From the NCBI GenBank assembly GCA_963781585.1, contig CAWAGQ010000006.1:1-64000 (forward strand): a stretch of 64,000 nucleotides of DNA, in the 5' to 3' direction. This DNA is from an uncultured Gemmatimonadaceae bacterium (GTDB lineage Bacteria; Gemmatimonadota; Gemmatimonadetes; Gemmatimonadales; Gemmatimonadaceae). The notes beneath the pieces are model-generated. The model did not search any database. It was not told where the DNA came from and saw only the letters and a list, made by a program, of their open reading frames with translations. The stretch's first letter is position 1; each line of letters opens with the position of its first letter. The translations under genes were made by a program, and so were the position numbers. This document shows, piece by piece, positions 59,198 through 64,000 of this stretch.

Positions 59198-62100
59198 ATG
59201 CTCAAGCGCATCATCGAATGGTCGGTCGCCAACAAGCTGCTCGTGGTGCTGTTCACGCTCGCGGCGGCGCTGGGCGGCATCTGGGCAGTACGTCGCACGC
59301 CGCTCGAAGCACTCCCCGACCTCTCCGACGTGCAGGTCATCGTGCAGACCGATTACAACGAGCAGGCGCCGCAGATCGTGGAGGACCAGGTCACCTACCC
59401 GATCACCGCCGAGATGCTGAAGGTGCCCGGCGCGCGCGTGGTCCGCGGCTACTCGTTCTTCGGCGTGTCGTTCGTGTACGTGATCTTCCAGGATGGCACC
59501 GACCTGTACTGGGCGCGATCACGGGTTCTCGAGTACCTCAATGGAATCGCGGCCAGGCTGCCCGCAAGCGTATCACCGCGCCTGGGACCGGACGCCACCG
59601 GACTGGGATGGGTCTTCCAGTACGCGCTCGAAGACACGAGCGGACGTCTCGATCTCGCGCAGTTGCGCAGCTTGCAGGACTGGTACCTGCGCTACGCGCT
59701 GACGGCGGTGCCCGGGGTGTCTGAAGTGGCGTCCGTGGGGGGATTCGAGAAGCAGTACCAGGTGGACGTGGATCCCGAAAAGCTGCTGGCCTACGGGATC
59801 CCGGTCACGCGTGTGATGGAGGCCATCCGTAACGCGAACGCTGATGTCGGCGCGATGGTGCTCGAGCTCGCCGACCGCGAGTACATGGTGCGTGGGCTGG
59901 GGTACCTCGAGTCGATCGGCGACATCGAGAACGTGGTGGTGGGGGCCACGGCGTCGGGGACGCCGATCCGCGTGGCCGAGCTCGGGCGGGTGTCGGTCGG
60001 TCCGGCGGTGCGGCGGGGCGTGGCCGACCTCGATGGCCGGGGTGACGCAGTGGGAGGGATCGTGGTGATGCGGTTTGGCGAGAACGCGCTTGCCACCATC
60101 GAGCGGGTGAAGGCGAAGCTGGTCGAGGTGGAGAGAGGCCTGCCGCCGGGGGTGGTGATCCGGCCGGTCTACGATCGCTCCGATCTCATTCACCGTGCCA
60201 TCGAGACGCTGCGCGGGAAGTTGTTCGAGGAGAGCCTGATCGTGGCGCTGGTCTGTCTGGTCTTCCTCTTCCACGCGCGGTCCGCGCTGGTCGCCATTCT
60301 CACGCTCCCGTTAGGCGTGCTGATCGCCTTCATCGCGATGCGCTGGGTGGGGGTGGGCGCGGACATCATGTCGCTGGGCGGTATCGCCATCGCGATCGGC
60401 GCCATGATCGACGCCGCGATCGTGATGATCGAGAACATGCACAAGCACATCGAGCGGGCGCAGGGCAGCACCCCGATGGTCCGGGCGGTCCGACCCCGCC
60501 GGCTTTCTCTCGCGCGAATCCTCGGACGCCCCACTGTCGACTCCGATTCGGGCGACGCGGATGTGCGGTGCACGATCCCCGCATCGCGGCGCTGGCAGAT
60601 CGTCGTCGATTCGTCGAAGGAAGTGGGTCCGGCGCTCTTCTTCTCGCTGCTCATCATCACGGTGTCGTTCCTGCCGGTGTTCACGCTGGAAGGGCAGGAG
60701 GGACGCTTGTTCCGGCCGCTCGCGTTCACCAAGACATTTGCGATGGCCGGCGCCAGTCTGCTGTCGGTGACCATCGTGCCGGTGATGATGGGCCTCTTCA
60801 TCCGCGGACGGATCTACCGGGAGCGGGCCAATCCGGTGAACCGGGCGCTCATCAGGGTCTACCGTCCGGTCATCGAATTCGTGCTTCGCCATCGGCTCGG
60901 CGTGATCGTGGCGAGCGGAATGGTGCTGATCCTCACCTGGATCCCTTGGAGCCGCATCGGCAGCGAGTTCATGCCACCTCTGGAGGAAGGCAGCATCCTC
61001 TACATGCCCACCACGCTTCCGGGCGTGAGCGTCGCCCGCGCGCGCGCGATCCTGCAGACCCAGGACTCGATTCTCAAGTCCTTCCCCGAGGTGGAGCACG
61101 TGTGGGGGAAGAGCGGGCGCGCGAACACCGCAACCGATCCGGCCGGACTCGACATGATCGAGACGACCATCACCCTCAAGCCACGGACGGAGTGGCGGCA
61201 GGGACTGACCTTCGACCGTCTCGTCGCGGCGATGGATTCGGCCGTACGGCTTCCGGGCGTCTCCAACTCGTGGACGATGCCGATCAAGGGGCGCATCGAC
61301 ATGCTCGCCACGGGCATCCGCACCGCCGTCGGCATCAAGATCTTCGGACCGGACCTGGGCACCCTGGAGCGCCTGGGAAAGGAAGTCGAGGATGCGGTCC
61401 GCATGGTTCCCGGAACGCGAACCGCATTCGCCGAACGCGCCGAGTCGGGATCGTACCTCGACATCGCGATCGACCGGGCGGCGGCGGCCCGCTACGGGCT
61501 GAACGTGGGTGACGTGCAGGCCGTGATCGCCTCGGCCATCGGCGGCATGACGATCACGCAGACCGTGGAGGGTCGCGAACGGTACGCGGTCCGCGTGCGC
61601 TATCCGCAGGAGTTGCGTGACAGTCCCGAACGCCTGGCAAGCGTGCTGGTACAGGTCCGGACCGGGGCGCCGCCGAAGGCTGGTGCGCAACAGGCGGACA
61701 TGAATGCTGACGGGATGGGCGGGATGTCGGCGCCGGCGTCCGGCGCGGCAGCGCAGATCCCGTTAGGCCAGGTGGCGACGATCCGCGAGGTACCTGGCCC
61801 CATGGTCGTGCGCACCGAGGGCGCGGTGCCCACGGCCTGGGTGTACGTGGACATCGCTGGCCGCGACATCGGGAGCTACGTGCGCGAGGCGAGGCAGCAC
61901 GTGCAGGACATGGTGGTGCTGCCGCAGGGATACACCCTCACCTGGAGCGGCCAGTACGAATACATGCAGCGAGCCCGCGAACGCATGAAGCTGGTCGTGC
62001 CCGCCACGCTGGCGATCGTGTTCCTGCTCCTGTATTTCAATTTCCGGAGCGTGGCAGAGACGGCCATTGTCATGCTGTCGCTCCCGTTCGCCCTCGTCGG

Positions 62101-62620
62101 CGGCATCTGGTTTCTCTGGGCACTCCACTACAACTGGTCGGTGGCGGTGGCGATCGGGTTCATCGCGCTGGCCGGCGTCGCGGCCGAGACGGGCGTCGTG
62201 ATGCTGATCTTTCTCGATCTGGCGTGGCGGGCCAGGACGTGGCGAGCCGGCCGTCCCACGCTGAGGGAGCTGTACGACGCGGTGATCGAGGGAGCCGTGG
62301 AGCGCGTGCGCCCGCGCATGATGACGACGGCCGCGATCATGGCCGGCCTGCTCCCCATTCTCTGGGGAACGGGCGCCGGCGCGAGCGTCATGAAGCGCAT
62401 TGCCGCGCCGATGGTGGGCGGCATGATCAGCAGTACGATCCTGACGCTGGTCGTGATCCCGGCCATCTACGCATTCTGGAAGGAGCGCGAGGTGCGAGCG
62501 GCGCAACGACGTGCCGCAGCGCGCGCGCCGGCGGTGGGCGCGGCGCTCGCCTTCGCTGTTGCTTCGAACATTCCGTCGCCCTCGCGGTCGCCGGGTCGCG
62601 AAGACAAGGAGGAACCATGA
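59198..62620 (+). CDS. cusA: CusA/CzcA-family heavy-metal RND transporter
   Basis: LPDLSDVQVI, GPDATGLGW, GAMIDAAIVMIEN and AAETGVVML motifs. Confidence 0.95.
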   Translation: MLKRIIEWSVANKLLVVLFTLAAALGGIWAVRRTPLEALPDLSDVQVIVQTDYNEQAPQIVEDQVTYPITAEMLKVPGARVVRGYSFFGVSFVYVIFQDGTDLYWARSRVLEYLNGIAARLPASVSPRLGPDATGLGWVFQYALEDTSGRLDLAQLRSLQDWYLRYALTAVPGVSEVASVGGFEKQYQVDVDPEKLLAYGIPVTRVMEAIRNANADVGAMVLELADREYMVRGLGYLESIGDIENVVVGATASGTPIRVAELGRVSVGPAVRRGVADLDGRGDAVGGIVVMRFGENALATIERVKAKLVEVERGLPPGVVIRPVYDRSDLIHRAIETLRGKLFEESLIVALVCLVFLFHARSALVAILTLPLGVLIAFIAMRWVGVGADIMSLGGIAIAIGAMIDAAIVMIENMHKHIERAQGSTPMVRAVRPRRLSLARILGRPTVDSDSGDADVRCTIPASRRWQIVVDSSKEVGPALFFSLLIITVSFLPVFTLEGQEGRLFRPLAFTKTFAMAGASLLSVTIVPVMMGLFIRGRIYRERANPVNRALIRVYRPVIEFVLRHRLGVIVASGMVLILTWIPWSRIGSEFMPPLEEGSILYMPTTLPGVSVARARAILQTQDSILKSFPEVEHVWGKSGRANTATDPAGLDMIETTITLKPRTEWRQGLTFDRLVAAMDSAVRLPGVSNSWTMPIKGRIDMLATGIRTAVGIKIFGPDLGTLERLGKEVEDAVRMVPGTRTAFAERAESGSYLDIAIDRAAAARYGLNVGDVQAVIASAIGGMTITQTVEGRERYAVRVRYPQELRDSPERLASVLVQVRTGAPPKAGAQQADMNADGMGGMSAPASGAAAQIPLGQVATIREVPGPMVVRTEGAVPTAWVYVDIAGRDIGSYVREARQHVQDMVVLPQGYTLTWSGQYEYMQRARERMKLVVPATLAIVFLLLYFNFRSVAETAIVMLSLPFALVGGIWFLWALHYNWSVAVAIGFIALAGVAAETGVVMLIFLDLAWRARTWRAGRPTLRELYDAVIEGAVERVRPRMMTTAAIMAGLLPILWGTGAGASVMKRIAAPMVGGMISSTILTLVVIPAIYAFWKEREVRAAQRRAAARAPAVGAALAFAVASNIPSPSRSPGREDKEEP

Positions 62621-62695
62621 GGCGCGGGAATTCGAAGATCACGCGCGTGCTCGCGTTACCCGCTGGCTCCGGTCACAGACGGGCACGGAGCCGCG

Positions 62696-63190
62696 TCACG
62701 CGCCGTCTGAATCGGTCGCTCGCACGGATTCCTTGGCGCCGCCTCGCTCTCCGTTCAACTCCAGGCTCCACTCGATCGGAATCGCCGGATCGAGCGAGTC
62801 GCGCACCGAGCAGTACTTGTTCAGCGCCAGATCGATCGCGCGCTCGGCGTGCTCTCGCTCGATCCCCTCGCCGGTGACCTGGAAGTCGAGGCGAACCCCG
62901 GTCACCCGCGCCGGGATGGCGCCGGCCCGGTCCGCATGGACATCGATGTCGAGCGACGCCGCGGGCGTCCGGCGCTTTTCGAGAATGGAAACCACGTCGA
63001 TCGCCGAACAGGTCGCCAGCGCGCATAGCAGCGTCTCAACGGGACCGGGACCCGACTTCCCAGACCCGTCGATGCGAATCCATGGACGCTCCGGGTGCCC
63101 CGCCTCGAACACCTCGTCACCGATCCAGCGCGCATGTACGTGATTGACGCGCTTCTTCCCGGTGGCGATGTACTCTCGTGTGACGCTCAT
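62696..63190 (-). CDS. OsmC-family protein
   Basis: GPVETLLCALATCSAIDV and KYCSV motifs. Confidence 0.9.
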   Translation of the reverse strand: MSVTREYIATGKKRVNHVHARWIGDEVFEAGHPERPWIRIDGSGKSGPGPVETLLCALATCSAIDVVSILEKRRTPAASLDIDVHADRAGAIPARVTGVRLDFQVTGEGIEREHAERAIDLALNKYCSVRDSLDPAIPIEWSLELNGERGGAKESVRATDSDGA

Positions 63191-63219
63191 ATTCGATTAG
63201 GGTGCGGTATCCGGAAGTC

Positions 63220-63343
63220 TGATCAGCGATCAGCAGTAAGCTACGCTGTCAGCGATCGGCGGCGGGATCTCAGCTGACTGCCGACCGCTGACCGCTGACC
63301 ATCGACCGCTGACCACCGACCGCTGACCACCGACCGCTGGCCT
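63220..63343. repeat. Degenerate heptamer arrays (CTGACCG/CCGACCG) with an inverted TCAGCGA array
   Basis: About 10 units at 63274-63343, with complementary-type units at 63220-63260. Confidence 0.85.
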
Positions 63344-63347
63344 GGCC

Positions 63348-64000
63348 CTACGGCTTCTCCCCCTTCCGAATGGGTGAACGTACCGCATTCCCCCACTCGG
63401 TCCAGCTTCCATCGTAGTTCCGCACGTGCTCGTAGCCGAGGAGATACGTCAGCACAAACCAGGTATGCGATGACCGCTCACCGATACGGCAGTACGCGAC
63501 GACGTCATCGTCAGGTCGCAGCCCCTGCTCCTTTTCGTAGATCGCACGCAGCTCGTCGGCGGTCTTGAACGTCCCGTCCTGATTCACCGCTCGCCCCCAC
63601 GGAATGCTCTTCGCGCCGGGGATGTGTCCGCCGCGCAGCGTTCCCTCCTGCGGATAGTCGGGCATGTGCGTCCGCTCGCCCGTGTACTCCTGGGGTGACC
63701 GCACGTCCACCAGCGGCCCCCGCCTTGCATCCACGTGCTCGCGTACTTGCGCGAAGAACGCCCGGATGGGCGCGTCGGACCGCTCCGGCGCCACATATCG
63801 TGTCGCGGCGAATGTGGGAACCTCCGTCGACATCGGCCGATGCTCCAGCTCCCACTTGGTGCGCCCGCCGTCGAGCACCTTGGCGTTGATGAACCCGAAC
63901 AACTGGAAGACCCAGAAGGCGTAACAGGCCCACCAGTTGTTCTTGTCCCCGTAGAACACAACCAGCGTGCTGTCGTCGATCCCTTTGCGTCGCAGCAGGT
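63348..64000 (-). CDS. Double-rhodanese sulfurtransferase (SseA-like), 5' end outside the window
   Basis: [14 protein letters not shown] and [10 protein letters not shown] motifs. Confidence 0.93.
   Translation of the reverse strand, partial: LLRRKGIDDSTLVVFYGDKNNWWACYAFWVFQLFGFINAKVLDGGRTKWELEHRPMSTEVPTFAATRYVAPERSDAPIRAFFAQVREHVDARRGPLVDVRSPQEYTGERTHMPDYPQEGTLRGGHIPGAKSIPWGRAVNQDGTFKTADELRAIYEKEQGLRPDDDVVAYCRIGERSSHTWFVLTYLLGYEHVRNYDGSWTEWGNAVRSPIRKGEKP

Noticed and set aside
63220..63343. CRISPR array
   Set aside because: These are contiguous 7-bp units without unique spacers, and no cas genes are present.
1..64000. tRNA, rRNA, transposase, integrase or prophage genes
   Set aside because: None were recognised by eye on either strand.

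Overview
This is a high-GC (about 68-70% by eye) bacterial chromosomal window. Its gene repertoire (BTAD-TPR regulator, many carboxypeptidase-regulatory/plug proteins, acidobacterial-type PadR, fadIJ, DHS-like gene) suggests Gemmatimonadota; this is an inference. The housekeeping backbone is LOG, DHS-like, greA, glpD, fadIJ, proline dehydrogenase, rsgA, pdxH, an ECF sigma with zinc anti-sigma, osmC and sseA. A complete copper cluster (copZ-cupredoxin-copA-csoR; leader ORF-tolC-cusB-cusA) lies at 51.3-62.6 kb. Several genes carry single-base frameshifts, probably sequencing errors. The main candidate novel system is at 33.5-41 kb, with a homologous satellite at 7.1-10.6 kb. It consists of repeated cassettes of an atypical AraC regulator, a secreted acidic 6-8-Cys peptide, a CPVC DsbA-like oxidoreductase and a barrel-less TonB-plug protein. 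Three units share a CCAGAA direct-repeat operator with 20-bp spacing, and toxin-antitoxin modules flank the region. Other leads: a glycine-riboswitch-like variant RNA upstream of proline dehydrogenase; an over-represented octamer CGTTAGGC; an ECF/CBM48 signalling operon; 11-bp-period SARP-type boxes; and a CutF/CruR-like leader ORF before the Cus pump. All assignments come from motif recognition by eye; no searches were run.
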